A model generated the notes under the pieces. The model made no database searches. It was not told the origin of the DNA and worked only from the letters and a program-made list of their open reading frames with translations. Positions 6,886-16,349 of a stretch of 27,751 nucleotides of DNA are shown one piece after another. Position 1 is the stretch's first letter; the number at the start of each line of letters is the position of its first letter. A program made the position numbers and the translations under genes. Where the stretch lies: IMG/VR virus record IMGVR_UViG_3300031963_000747, positions 1-27,751 of that record. One strand, given 5' to 3'. This DNA comes from a virus (taxonomy: Duplodnaviria > Caudoviricetes).

Positions 6886-7482
6886 TTAGACACCAGTGGT
6901 GTTGTTGTACTGGTGCGTGTTGATTTTCACCAACAGCTCGGTGTAAGTGTCGGCGGCAGTAGCTGTCTCCGGCACAACATCGATCACACGGATTGGGATG
7001 GTGGCAGTAGTGCCAGCGCCAGTCAAAGTGACGGCGAAAGCAGAATTACCAGTGGTGGTGTTACCAGCGTTCAGGACGAGCGCAAGGTTGGTACCAACAA
7101 CAGTACGGCCAGCGGTACCCATGGTAGTGCCAGAGGTCACAACAGCGACCTTGAACAAAGCCATTGGATCATCCACAACATAGGCGTAAGCCAGATTGGT
7201 GGATGTGGATGCCAGAGCGGGGATGAACTGACCTTGAACAGTTTGATTGCTCGAGTTCACGTACTGACCGCCCATGCACACGCCAACGATGTCGCCAGAG
7301 TTGGTTGTGGTGGATTTGACGAGATAACCATCGCTGTTGATTACAACGGTATCGCCATCAAAAATGGCGGTGCCGAAGCCAGCAGCTACGGGAATCTGAC
7401 GGATTGCACCTGCGTACGGCATGCCATCAATACGATTGATTGCTTGCAGACCGTAGGGTGCCGAAACGGTGGGGTAAGCCAT
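6886..7482 (-). CDS. Putative capsid decoration / cement protein
   Basis: 198 aa Thr/Gly/Ala-rich protein (APYGL, IFDGD, VVDDP motifs) immediately upstream of the capsid gene. Confidence 0.65.
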   Translation of the reverse strand: MAYPTVSAPYGLQAINRIDGMPYAGAIRQIPVAAGFGTAIFDGDTVVINSDGYLVKSTTTNSGDIVGVCMGGQYVNSSNQTVQGQFIPALASTSTNLAYAYVVDDPMALFKVAVVTSGTTMGTAGRTVVGTNLALVLNAGNTTTGNSAFAVTLTGAGTTATIPIRVIDVVPETATAADTYTELLVKINTHQYNNTTGV

Positions 7483-7500
7483 GTTTGGACTCCAAAAAAG

Positions 7501-7968
7501 TTAAGTGCCTTTGCCGAAAGTAACCTTTGTACTACGCTCTTTGAAGAGCGGCATACGGGGGTCATTTTCTCTCATGTAAGCGTTGTCCACTGATTGCATC
7601 TGCGAATCTGCCTGTTGGCCGTAATACGCATTCCGCTGCTCAGTAAACTCCACAGGTGTTTTGCAAAGCAACAAGCCACCGACTTCAATGCTGTCTGGGT
7701 AGTGGTTTTGGCCGCTACTGAACAAACGCACCTCAGGGTGATCCGATGCCTTAACGGGTTCCCAACCCTCCCGCAATTTGCTAGAAACGTTAAGGGCATC
7801 AGCCTTGCCAAGCGTGGCGATCCGAATCCAGCGATAAGCGTAGCCTTCTTCCGGTGAGGGATTGGGCAAAAGCTGGGGTGGCATCCATTTTTTTGGACGC
7901 TCGGTTGAATCACGCATTTGCAGAGCACGAGGCTCGCGGTTATCAAGTTCTGTTTTAGCCATTTTCAT
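7501..7968 (-). CDS. Conserved phage head-module hypothetical protein
   Basis: 155 aa with YRWIR...REGWEPV...GGLLLCK motifs, between scaffold and capsid genes; the start could be 7962. Confidence 0.75.
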   Translation of the reverse strand: MKMAKTELDNREPRALQMRDSTERPKKWMPPQLLPNPSPEEGYAYRWIRIATLGKADALNVSSKLREGWEPVKASDHPEVRLFSSGQNHYPDSIEVGGLLLCKTPVEFTEQRNAYYGQQADSQMQSVDNAYMRENDPRMPLFKERSTKVTFGKGT

Positions 7969-8912
7969 TTCCTCATTTCTGCCGCAACTGCACGGGCGTA
8001 CTGCTCATTCGTCAGTCCCAACCGCTTAGCGAGATCCACCTGCGTTTTCGTCAGCACGATTTTTTTAGGCGCTGTGCTGCGAGTTGCCGGTGCAACATTA
8101 TTTGATGTTTTCGACGGAGTTTGCGCATCCGCCTGTTTTCCAGACTCAAACTGATCCGAAAAACGCTCCCTAATGTCACTGTTGATACGTCTGTAGTATT
8201 CATCAGTGCCAGCCGGGATGCCCTCGTTTATCAAATCCTCATGAAGGCCAAGAGCGTAAGCCGTCATTCGCTTGTTTTCTCCAAACCACTGATTCTCGTC
8301 TTTCCAAGAAATCAGCTTAGGATCAACACGCGGTTCTTGATAAACTTGTTGCCGTGTTTGTACAGCATTTTCTTCTTCCTGTAAAGGAGCGGGTCGGAAG
8401 CTGTTAATTTTGTCTGCCTTGAGCTTGACTGAGGTCATTTCCTCTTGAGCAGAAACCAGCGCATCAGAATCACCGGACTCATATGCAGTCTTGTACTTCT
8501 GGCGCGCCGATTCCATGTCATTCGCAACGCTGCGTTTGGCCTGCTCAAGCAAAGCATTCTGGTTGGTACTTAGGGAGCCTTTGAGCCGCTTGTTTTCTTC
8601 AACAATCTGCTGGGCCAGCCTGAAAGCTTCGTCCTTTTCCCTCAAGGCGGTTTCTTTGGCTCGACGCTCTTCGTGGTAGCCCTTGGTGAAGTGTTGAATG
8701 CGCTTGCGTACGCTCTCGTCGTACTTGGACAGCTCTTCATCGGTGACATCTTTGGGCGCTTCGTCCATGGGCTTTCGGCCACGGTCCTGCTCCGGGGTGT
8801 CGTCAACGACTTCAACTTCCGGCTCAGTCTCTACAACTTTAGAGCCAGCACGGGATTTATTTTCTTCCACCTCATCGGGAAATGTAAATTCAGTTTTGTC
8901 TAGTTCGGCCAT
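7965..8912 (-). CDS. Putative scaffolding protein
   Basis: Acidic N-terminus, long coiled coil, and C-terminal helix (LAKRLGLTNEQYARAV); lies between portal and capsid. Confidence 0.7.
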   Translation of the reverse strand: MAELDKTEFTFPDEVEENKSRAGSKVVETEPEVEVVDDTPEQDRGRKPMDEAPKDVTDEELSKYDESVRKRIQHFTKGYHEERRAKETALREKDEAFRLAQQIVEENKRLKGSLSTNQNALLEQAKRSVANDMESARQKYKTAYESGDSDALVSAQEEMTSVKLKADKINSFRPAPLQEEENAVQTRQQVYQEPRVDPKLISWKDENQWFGENKRMTAYALGLHEDLINEGIPAGTDEYYRRINSDIRERFSDQFESGKQADAQTPSKTSNNVAPATRSTAPKKIVLTKTQVDLAKRLGLTNEQYARAVAAEMRK

Positions 8913-8921
8913 GATTTCTCC

Positions 8922-9323
8922 TTAAACGCGCTGGACGCCGCGAGGGTCTTCAATGACTGCCTCAACAGAATCATCGTTGATGATCCGCCACTCGGTTCCG
9001 TGAATTTTCATTCGCGTTCCGGTGTTTGGGCGCACAATAATGAAATCACCAACCTTGCAGCTTGGGCCACTAGGAAAGCGCTTCTCATCTTTAAATGCGT
9101 CTGGTCCAATCTTGGCCACAAATAATACGGGCGACAGAAGCTCTTCATACTGCATTGTCTGGCTGGCCTTAAGCAAGCCGCCCTCGTACTCTTCTTTGGC
9201 TTCTGGAAGCATGCACAGAAGGTGATAAGTGGCGGGATTTGGAATCTGTGTGGCCTTATCCTCAACAGTTTTATTGAGTAGGCCAGACAAATTAACCGCC
9301 TGAACATCAAAGTTAGTCGTCAT
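8922..9323 (-). CDS. groES: GroES/Cpn10-like co-chaperonin
   Basis: P..YHLL...EEYEGGLL...VAKIGPDAF...CKVGDFII...G....IHGTEWRIINDDSVEAVI matches the Cpn10 pattern. Confidence 0.8.
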   Translation of the reverse strand: MTTNFDVQAVNLSGLLNKTVEDKATQIPNPATYHLLCMLPEAKEEYEGGLLKASQTMQYEELLSPVLFVAKIGPDAFKDEKRFPSGPSCKVGDFIIVRPNTGTRMKIHGTEWRIINDDSVEAVIEDPRGVQRV

Positions 9324-9510
9324 TGTCGTCTTTCAGTTTACGCACGAGGTCGCCAATTTCACGCTGTGCGGTCTGGAGACCTCGGATGACCCCGCACAAC
9401 TCCCGGTATTGGGCGTAATCTTTCGACTGCCCAGATACCAAAGCCTCTGAATGACTTTTGACTTGATCCTCAATCCGCTTGTTGAGAATCTCAAAAATTT
9501 TGTTGTCCAT
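9313..9510 (-). CDS. Small helical hypothetical protein (65 aa)
   Basis: DYAQYRELCGVIRGL motif; GAGG SD; between portal and groES. Confidence 0.8.
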   Translation of the reverse strand: MDNKIFEILNKRIEDQVKSHSEALVSGQSKDYAQYRELCGVIRGLQTAQREIGDLVRKLKDDNDD

Positions 9511-9518
9511 TTTTCCTC

Positions 9519-12023
9519 TTAGTTCTCCGGCGATTTAGCAGCCGGTTTGTTTAAACTTTCCAGTAGCTTGGTCTGCATCTTGACGGATGCTTCCTGTTGC
9601 TTCTGGGACATTTTCTGATCAAACTCTTGCTGACGCTGAGCCATTTCTTGCTCGTGCATCTGGCGCTCCATGATCATTTCTTGTTGCGCTTTTGCGGCTG
9701 CAATCTCTGGGTTTTCACCTTGACGGCTTGCCATTTCTTGAGCCTTGAGTTGCAACTCCTGCCCTTTGATAGCCAAGTCGCCTTGAACCTTTTGGGCTTT
9801 GGTCTGAGCGTCCTGCATCTTGATTTGCAACTCTTGCTGCTGCATCTGCACGATGGGGTCTTGGGCTTGTTGCTGTGCTTGCTTTTGTGCAGCCTCACCT
9901 TGGTGAATTTGGGTGAGCTGCTGAGCTGCTTGAGCGACAAGCTTGGCCAACTGAACCTCCACCTGCTCCGGCAACTCTGCGTTGGGTGCTGGCAGACTTG
10001 CGCCAAGACGCTCTTCGATCTGGTTGCGGTATTGGAATGCAACGTGCTCCGCGATGTGGGCCATGATTGACGCCTGCATCTGCTGGGCCATAGGGTTTTG
10101 TCCCATCTGGCCCATGACCATGGGGTCCTGCATCATGGATGAGTGGACAGCAATGTGGGCGTCGTGGTCTTGGTAGATGAACGCCTTGGTGGGTTTGCCT
10201 GTCAGGAAGGCCATGTTCTCGCTGATTGGGTCGCGGGGCTTCATGTCATCTGCGATGGGTACAAGCTTGTCGGCGTTGCGGATACCCAAAACTTCAATCA
10301 TCTGGCGGTGCAACTGCGGTAGGTCGTAAATCTGAGGAGCGCTCTGAGCCAACTGAATTACAGCTTGGTACTGCATGATCCGTTGGGCCATGGTCGAGCT
10401 GTTGGGGTCCGACACTGGAATCACTTCCACTATGTCGTAGTCTTCCCGTTTAGCCCGTGGGTCTCCACCATTGGGGACATACTCGTAGTCACCCGGGGTG
10501 TTGTTGCGGATGATCTCTTTCAGGAGCTTGAACTCCTGCTTCATGGAGAAATGAACCCGGGCCTGTACCGCGCTCATGGTCTTGAGTTGACGCTCAAGAA
10601 GAGCCAGAGTTGTGCCGACCGGGGCGTTGGCGCTCATGTCGCTGATGTTCATATCAGCAATCGAACCAAGGCGGCGACCTTCCTCTGTGATGCGGTCCAA
10701 CAACAAAGCCAGAACTTGGCTTGGCTCTTTGTAAGGCAGGGGCATGATGTTGTCACGCACAGTGCCGGAAGGAACGTCCACATCACGGAACTCACCCGGA
10801 GCGATTGGGGTGTCATCCCCCTTAATGCGCAGGCCTCGGGACTTCAAGCCACCGGGCAGATTGGACAACGTACCCGCGTCCACCAACTGGCGGATCAAAG
10901 ATGTTCCAGCCCGGGCGTAGCCGCCAATCAGGTGGATGTAGCCAAAGCCATAAGCGCCGAATCCGGGCACGTAGTCGTATTGAACAAAGTGCTGACGCTT
11001 GAGTTTCTTCTCATCGTCCTCTTTCCAATTTCGGTACACCGACAGAACTTTGTTGGTGCCCTTGTCGATGGTCACGATGTAAGGAAGGGCGATGCCATCC
11101 TCATCCTCGTACCCGGGCATATCGTAGTCCACCTGAATCTCAAGGAACTGGTAGCGGTCGTCATCAGAGACGGAGTAGCCCTGCTCTTCGGCTTTCTTCT
11201 TCTCCACATCGTTGTGCATGATGACTGGCTCACCCAGCTCAACATCACGGTAGAAGCCTGCGACCTGAAGCTTGCGGAAATCGTTTTTGGTCTTGCGCAT
11301 CACATGGGTGACACGCTCTGCGGTACGAGCGCCAGATGAACCATAGGGGATGATCACATCCTCTGCGGGGCAGAAAATTGATGTCTGACGACCCAAGCTG
11401 GGGTCAAAGTAGACCTTCTTAAAAGCTGCGCCAGCCAGACCCAAATTGAAGAGCATGCGCTCATGCTCTGGGCGGTACTCGGGCATTCCGTCAACCAACT
11501 GGAAGTTCATGTCGGTGCGAACACGCTCCGCAGCCTCTTCCTTGAGTTTGTCGATTGCGCCAATGATCTGCGTCTTAACGGGGCCTTGGGCGGGGAATGT
11601 CTCAATGATGGTCTCGGACTGAAAGCGAACTGCGGCTTCAGTCAGGAGGGTAGAAAAAACCCCGCAGGCTCCCGTCCAAGGTTCGGTTCGCTCTTCATAC
11701 TTCATGCCCAGAACTTCAAGGCCCTTGACATACATCTCTACCCATTCTTTGCGGGAGGATATGTCTGACTCCACCTCCCCAACCAAATCAGAGCCCATCT
11801 TCTCGAGCTCACCCTCGTCCATGTATTCAGCCAAGTTGGCATCAAACGGGATGCTTTCTTCTTCCGGCATCAGGTCAATCATCATTCCATCGATGCCAAT
11901 TTGTACATCATCAGGGTTGTCAATCATGATCTCTATTGCCGGGGTGTCATCCTCAACAACGTCCAAAAAATCCAAGCCACTTGGGGCTGGTGCGAGGGAT
12001 GAAACCATGCTGCTCGTTGCCAT
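9519..12023 (-). CDS. Portal protein (P22-like, long Gln-rich C-terminal barrel)
   Basis: 834 aa directly after TerL; G.AFKKVYFD, PGEFRDVD and NAPVGTT motifs; Q/M-rich coiled-coil tail. Confidence 0.88.
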   Translation of the reverse strand: MATSSMVSSLAPAPSGLDFLDVVEDDTPAIEIMIDNPDDVQIGIDGMMIDLMPEEESIPFDANLAEYMDEGELEKMGSDLVGEVESDISSRKEWVEMYVKGLEVLGMKYEERTEPWTGACGVFSTLLTEAAVRFQSETIIETFPAQGPVKTQIIGAIDKLKEEAAERVRTDMNFQLVDGMPEYRPEHERMLFNLGLAGAAFKKVYFDPSLGRQTSIFCPAEDVIIPYGSSGARTAERVTHVMRKTKNDFRKLQVAGFYRDVELGEPVIMHNDVEKKKAEEQGYSVSDDDRYQFLEIQVDYDMPGYEDEDGIALPYIVTIDKGTNKVLSVYRNWKEDDEKKLKRQHFVQYDYVPGFGAYGFGYIHLIGGYARAGTSLIRQLVDAGTLSNLPGGLKSRGLRIKGDDTPIAPGEFRDVDVPSGTVRDNIMPLPYKEPSQVLALLLDRITEEGRRLGSIADMNISDMSANAPVGTTLALLERQLKTMSAVQARVHFSMKQEFKLLKEIIRNNTPGDYEYVPNGGDPRAKREDYDIVEVIPVSDPNSSTMAQRIMQYQAVIQLAQSAPQIYDLPQLHRQMIEVLGIRNADKLVPIADDMKPRDPISENMAFLTGKPTKAFIYQDHDAHIAVHSSMMQDPMVMGQMGQNPMAQQMQASIMAHIAEHVAFQYRNQIEERLGASLPAPNAELPEQVEVQLAKLVAQAAQQLTQIHQGEAAQKQAQQQAQDPIVQMQQQELQIKMQDAQTKAQKVQGDLAIKGQELQLKAQEMASRQGENPEIAAAKAQQEMIMERQMHEQEMAQRQQEFDQKMSQKQQEASVKMQTKLLESLNKPAAKSPEN

Positions 12024-12031
12024 ATTTAATC

Positions 12032-13555
12032 CTAATAAAACGCGGCTTTACGCCGGAAGGACAAAGGTTCGTCCTGCTCATCGGATTCTAGTCTTAAGAA
12101 CCCGCCTTGTCGAAATCTGGTGATGGCCATCACAGCGGTGTCAGCCAAGTCATCGTGTGCCGCGTTAGGGAAAGAGGCCATCTGGTCAATCAACTCTCTT
12201 GCCCAGCGAGTATCCGGCGCCCAAACTTTGCCACCTTGAAAGATGGGGGACACCGAGTTCATCCGGGCTATCTTGTCGTTCGACTGCTGACGTGTCCCCC
12301 GACTTGGGGTATACCCCCTGACAAACATGTCCGACTGCTGGTTCAACTCCTGAATCAAAGAGGCTCCTGCGGCCTTGGCTTCGATAATACAGTCATCCGG
12401 CTCCCACTCAAGGTAGTGCTCACGGGCTTTTTCCTTCAATTCCGGAAACTCCATCCGCTTTTGAAAGGCATCCAGCAAGATAATGTTCGGGTTATTTGGG
12501 TCTTCACCCAGAAAAAAGACGCCCCAAGTGGTGCAGGCCGAGTAATCCGACCGTTCGCTCTTGGTAAAAGCCGTATCCCAAGCCTGAATAATGAACTCGC
12601 ACTTCGGCGGGTCTTCTTTTTCCCAGACTTGCCACCACTCGCGCTTAACAATAGCACCTTCTTCGCCAGTGGGCCTCTGTTGATACTGAGCATTCCACTT
12701 AGCCGGGGCCAATTCCTCCTTCAGCGCCTCGAGCAGCTCCAGTGACCAGTACTCAGGCCATAAAGGATTGCCAGAAGGCAGAATCGCGGGGAACTCAATC
12801 ACCCGCCACTCGTCATCTTTACCTCTTTCGCCAGCATCCTTGAGGACTCGGCCAATCAAATCGTTCTCGCCCCAGCGCGTCGCAATGATAATGATCGACC
12901 CGTTAGGCTGAAGTCGCTGCCGAGGGCCAGAGGTGTACCACTCGTACGCCTTGTCATATATAGAGGGGTCATGCGCAGCTAAGGTCGCCTCCCCTTCAGT
13001 GTGAGGGTCGTCAATGATGACCAAATCAGCTCCCCGGCCAGTCATAGTACCCCCAACGCCGATAGCAAAGTACTCCCCCACCTCATTCACAGCCCACCGG
13101 CCAGCAGACTTAGAGTCCTGCCGGATGTTCGTGCTCGGGAAAACTTCGTGGTACTGCTCACTCATCACCAAGTTACGGACCTTCCGGCCAAATCCAACGG
13201 CAAGCTCTCCCGTGTTCGACGCCTGCATCACCTTCTTGTCAGGAAACTTCCCAAGGAACCAAGCCGGCAACATATAAGAACCGAACTCAGACTTCGTATG
13301 CCGCGGCGGCATGGAAATTGCTAGTCTCTTTAATTTCCCCGAGGCAATATCCTCAAACGCTTTGGCCACGACAGCATGGTGCCGGCCATGAATAAACCCC
13401 GGCCACATCTTTCTAACAAAAGCCATGAAGGACGCTTGGCACTTTTCCCGCTCTAGCGCAGCTTTGTACTCAGCCACTTGCTCCATGAGCTTTTCCTGCT
13501 CATGTATTGGCAACTGCGCAACCAACTTCTCCAAGTCGAGATTCTTTTCGCTCAC
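12032..13555 (-). CDS. terL: Terminase large subunit
   Basis: Walker A-like MPPRHTKS, TGRGAD, Walker B VIIDD, AQYQQRP, nuclease WDTA and HDDLAD; GTG start. Confidence 0.95.
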   Translation of the reverse strand: MSEKNLDLEKLVAQLPIHEQEKLMEQVAEYKAALEREKCQASFMAFVRKMWPGFIHGRHHAVVAKAFEDIASGKLKRLAISMPPRHTKSEFGSYMLPAWFLGKFPDKKVMQASNTGELAVGFGRKVRNLVMSEQYHEVFPSTNIRQDSKSAGRWAVNEVGEYFAIGVGGTMTGRGADLVIIDDPHTEGEATLAAHDPSIYDKAYEWYTSGPRQRLQPNGSIIIIATRWGENDLIGRVLKDAGERGKDDEWRVIEFPAILPSGNPLWPEYWSLELLEALKEELAPAKWNAQYQQRPTGEEGAIVKREWWQVWEKEDPPKCEFIIQAWDTAFTKSERSDYSACTTWGVFFLGEDPNNPNIILLDAFQKRMEFPELKEKAREHYLEWEPDDCIIEAKAAGASLIQELNQQSDMFVRGYTPSRGTRQQSNDKIARMNSVSPIFQGGKVWAPDTRWARELIDQMASFPNAAHDDLADTAVMAITRFRQGGFLRLESDEQDEPLSFRRKAAFY

Positions 13556-13902
13556 TCAAGCTCCTTTAAGTTCTTGTAGTTCACCCATGCCGGTCTAATC
13601 GTCCTACCCACTCCATCCATCTTCTTCACCACGCCCAATTTTACAAGCCGGTCCACAATGTTCTTCGTAGACCCCATCCCCATCTTCCCACGTACATACG
13701 CAATATCCCTCAACGTCGGCGAGAACCCATACTTCTTCCACCACTCATCAATCACAAGAAAAACTTCCTTCTGCGCCGGACTCATACCACTCTCCATACA
13801 CTCATCTCTCGTAGGATCGCTACGCCGAATTTTCATGTCCCTGTGGATAACTTTTTTAGCGCAATCAAAGCGTGTTGGTTGCCGCGTAGTTTTCGTATTC
13901 AT
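13552..13902 (-). CDS. LexA-like winged-HTH DNA-binding protein (no peptidase domain)
   Basis: MSPAQKEVFLVIDEWWKKYGFSPTLRDIA...VDRLVKLG....GVGRTI resembles the LexA N-terminal domain. Start uncertain; ATG 13902 has GGAG upstream. Confidence 0.75.
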   Translation of the reverse strand: MNTKTTRQPTRFDCAKKVIHRDMKIRRSDPTRDECMESGMSPAQKEVFLVIDEWWKKYGFSPTLRDIAYVRGKMGMGSTKNIVDRLVKLGVVKKMDGVGRTIRPAWVNYKNLKELE

Positions 13903-13984
13903 CCGTAAACTCCAACTAGAACTATTTGTGTCATCACGTTTTTTGCAGGACTGCCTATTTTTTAAGCAATATACCCCCCGGGGG

Positions 13985-14734
13985 TCATGTTTCAAACGAT
14001 GACGGGGGGGTCTCCTGTGTGGGAGGCTCTGTCGGAGTGGCTGCGGAATTGGGTGGAGATTGTTTGGGTGGAGATTGTTCGAGTGGAATAGTATGTATTG
14101 TGGCAGGGTGCGTCACATCAAGATTTGGGGGGGTGGCGGGTGGGTGGGTCTCGCTGCCGGCCAACTCGCGCATCAGGTCGTCGGCCTGCGCGTCAATGAT
14201 GTGAGCATCGGTTGCGCTGGCATTGGACAGCTCACGCAGTTGCAGCATGATCGCGGCGCGTGCATCCTCGCTGCTCGTGATGGTCCGAACTTCTTTTCTC
14301 TCAGTGAATGCAGCCACTTCGGTAACCGTCCCGAGCACCTTAGCCGCGGCAGTGATTTGACCGGGTTTTGCCTCGGGGTCAATGATGACTTTGACCAGTG
14401 ATTGAATGACCAACTCACGCAAAGCAGCAGGGTTTCGATGTTTCGCACCCTCCAATGCCAGTTGGTAAGCCTCAATTTCCGCGTGTATGTCGGGCCGGGC
14501 TTTTAGCTTATGCGCCTGATTGCCTTGGGTCTTAGGTAGCGCCTTGCTGTTGTAGGCTTTGCGGTAAGCAGCCGCACCGGTTGACCCTTTGGCGACCTCG
14601 AGCGCGAAGGCCTTTTGCTTCGCTGTCAACTCGCGGGCTGCACCCCTTCCAAGGATATGGGAGACAGGGACAGAGTCTAGGCTTTCCCTTATCTGGGCCT
14701 TAGTTAGCTTACTGGGTGATGGTGTTTTACTCAT
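13985..14734 (-). CDS. terS: Terminase small subunit
   Basis: LTAKQKAFALEV...AAAYRKAY HTH pattern of TerS; upstream of terL; start reassigned to ATG 14734; Pro-rich low-complexity tail. Confidence 0.75.
   Translation of the reverse strand: MSKTPSPSKLTKAQIRESLDSVPVSHILGRGAARELTAKQKAFALEVAKGSTGAAAYRKAYNSKALPKTQGNQAHKLKARPDIHAEIEAYQLALEGAKHRNPAALRELVIQSLVKVIIDPEAKPGQITAAAKVLGTVTEVAAFTERKEVRTITSSEDARAAIMLQLRELSNASATDAHIIDAQADDLMRELAGSETHPPATPPNLDVTHPATIHTIPLEQSPPKQSPPNSAATPTEPPTQETPPSSFET
14049..14079. repeat. 15-bp tandem repeat, 2 copies (TTGGGTGGAGATTGT)
   Basis: Seen directly; encodes QSPP(K/N) twice in the TerS tail. Confidence 0.85.
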
Positions 14735-14741
14735 GGGGTAA

Positions 14742-14770
14742 ATGGTAGGGGAACAGCGGATGAACTGCAA
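14742..14770 (-). promoter_or_regulatory. Sigma70-like promoter for a leaderless terS transcript
   Basis: TTGCAG-17 nt-TACCAT-7 nt-ATG(14734); no SD before the ATG. Confidence 0.6.
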
Positions 14771-15033
14771 CGCTTCGCTTTGAACAAGCCCCGCGACACC
14801 CTCAGCACAGCCAATAGCGACACTCAATCACCACACCCCACCAGCACGCCAAGCGCACACCCTGAAGGCCCGCGAAATAGCTTTTCCCTATGCTCAAACA
14901 ACACCGCTGCAAACCTTGGTTTTCAGAATATTTTTTCACCGATAAAAATAAATCATTGGATCGACCCTTGATAAATCACGACAATACTCAACAGACAGGA
15001 CGACACCCGACCTGCCACATAGGAGAACTCACC

Positions 15034-15237
15034 ATGTCATTCGAAGCACTCATCGCAGCACGCGACACCATCAGCGAAAAGGCCTTTAAGGTTTGGCAAG
15101 ACGGTGGAGATTACGAAGCGGTAATCGACAAACTCTGCAAAGACTGGAACATCGAGCCGTACCTCGTGCGCGACCACCTGACCGAAGTTATTCGAGCCAA
15201 CCATTACAAGCGCCAACTCGTGCGCATCGACAACTAA
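15034..15237 (+). CDS. Small hypothetical protein (67 aa)
   Basis: AGGAG SD before ATG 15034 (MSFEALIAARD...). Confidence 0.8.
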   Translation: MSFEALIAARDTISEKAFKVWQDGGDYEAVIDKLCKDWNIEPYLVRDHLTEVIRANHYKRQLVRIDN

Positions 15238-15255
15238 ACCACCGGAGCACACAGC

Positions 15256-15507
15256 ATGAAACAGTACGAATACAACATCACCAACAAGCGCACCGGGCGC
15301 GTTGAACACGCTCGAGCCACCGCAGCCAATGCCGTTATCGCTCACGCTCAGATTGTCCTGATGTACGGCAAACAGTTTGACGTGTGCGAACTGCACAGCG
15401 ACATAAACCCACCGCACCACATCGCGGGCGAAATCGACTGCTCAGATTTCCCCGTGACCGACACCGCTTGGCTGATCGAGCAAGCCGACAAAATCCAAAC
15501 CGCCTAA
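15256..15507 (+). CDS. Small hypothetical protein (83 aa)
   Basis: GGAG SD; fits the tiling of the + strand operon. Confidence 0.8.
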   Translation: MKQYEYNITNKRTGRVEHARATAANAVIAHAQIVLMYGKQFDVCELHSDINPPHHIAGEIDCSDFPVTDTAWLIEQADKIQTA

Positions 15508-15514
15508 ACCACCC

Positions 15515-15533
15515 GCCCGCCTCCAAGGCGGGC
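15515..15533 (+). other. Intergenic GC hairpin without U-tract
   Basis: GCCCGCCT-cca-AGGCGGGC, flanked by TAAACCAC on both sides. Confidence 0.7.
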
Positions 15534-15558
15534 ATAAACCACCGAAGGAGAAAGCACC

Positions 15559-15846
15559 ATGAAAAAAACTTTTCACATTTACGGGTCAACCGCCGCAACA
15601 TGGGCCACGACCACCGAAACCCGCGACCTAGGGGAACTGCTCAAACTGCTACAGGCCGACAAGATGCCTTTTAACCTTTGGTACGTACCGCTCCCACACG
15701 ATGCCGATTACGAAATCCGCATGTATGCGCCAGCAGTCGAGGGCGCGATATATCTGGGGACTGTTCAACCAGAGAAAACCAAACAGCGCATAAAAACAAT
15801 GGCCGAACTCGAGGCCGAAAGCACAGACGGATTCCGCAACAACTAA
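15559..15846 (+). CDS. Small hypothetical protein (95 aa)
   Basis: AAGGAG SD; LWYVPLP...YEI..YAPAVEGAIYLG. Confidence 0.8.
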   Translation: MKKTFHIYGSTAATWATTTETRDLGELLKLLQADKMPFNLWYVPLPHDADYEIRMYAPAVEGAIYLGTVQPEKTKQRIKTMAELEAESTDGFRNN

Positions 15847-15854
15847 ACCAACCC

Positions 15855-15873
15855 GCCCGGCTAACCACCGGGC
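15855..15873 (+). other. Intergenic GC hairpin without U-tract
   Basis: GCCCGG-ctaacca-CCGGGC, preceded by TAAACCAACCC as at 15515. Confidence 0.65.
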
Positions 15874-15892
15874 ACCAACTGGAGCCCAAACC

Positions 15893-16117
15893 ATGATCAC
15901 AAGCACAGACCACGCAGGCCAAGCCTGCACCCTCACCCACAACGGCCAGCCCGTGAACATCGGGGAAATCCTTGAAGATTTTCGGGGCGACCAGTACCGG
16001 GTGACCGGGGGCCAAGCCCCACACAAGGCCAGCAGCAGCGGAAAGATTTACACCGACGCGGGCAACTACTACCCAACCGTTTTCGGATGCAAATGGACAC
16101 CAACCCAAGGAGCCTAA
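15893..16117 (+). CDS. Small hypothetical protein (74 aa)
   Basis: GGAG SD; DFRG...VTGGQAPHKASSSGKIY...YYPTVFGCKW. Confidence 0.8.
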   Translation: MITSTDHAGQACTLTHNGQPVNIGEILEDFRGDQYRVTGGQAPHKASSSGKIYTDAGNYYPTVFGCKWTPTQGA

Positions 16118-16120
16118 ACC

Positions 16121-16330
16121 ATGACCACACAAAAGCAAATCCGCGCCGCATTTTGGCAAGCACACCCGACCGCCGACCGCAAACGCTACCCCGAGCGCGA
16201 CTGGACACGCGAGGATAAAAGCCGCCGCGACTACTGCACCGACACCCGCTGCTTATTCGTTGATTTCCTCGACAGCCTGCACCGCAACGGCCAGATATCC
16301 GAAGCACTCGCCAGCCGCGCAACACTTTAA
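16121..16330 (+). CDS. Small hypothetical protein (69 aa)
   Basis: AGGAG SD; TQKQIRAAFW...DTRCLFVDFLDSLHRNGQISEALA. Confidence 0.8.
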   Translation: MTTQKQIRAAFWQAHPTADRKRYPERDWTREDKSRRDYCTDTRCLFVDFLDSLHRNGQISEALASRATL

Positions 16331-16349
16331 ACCCACAGGAGCCCACACC

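Noticed and set aside
9560-10130. CAG/CAA-rich stretch in the portal gene as a DNA repeat element
   Set aside because: It reflects the Gln/Met-rich coiled-coil tail typical of such portals, not a discrete repeat.
14948-14985. Rightward promoter for the early island, and an ATAAATCA direct repeat (14948, 14971)
   Set aside because: A promoter is expected in this AT-rich stretch, but the best match (TTGGAT-18-GACAAT) is too weak to call.
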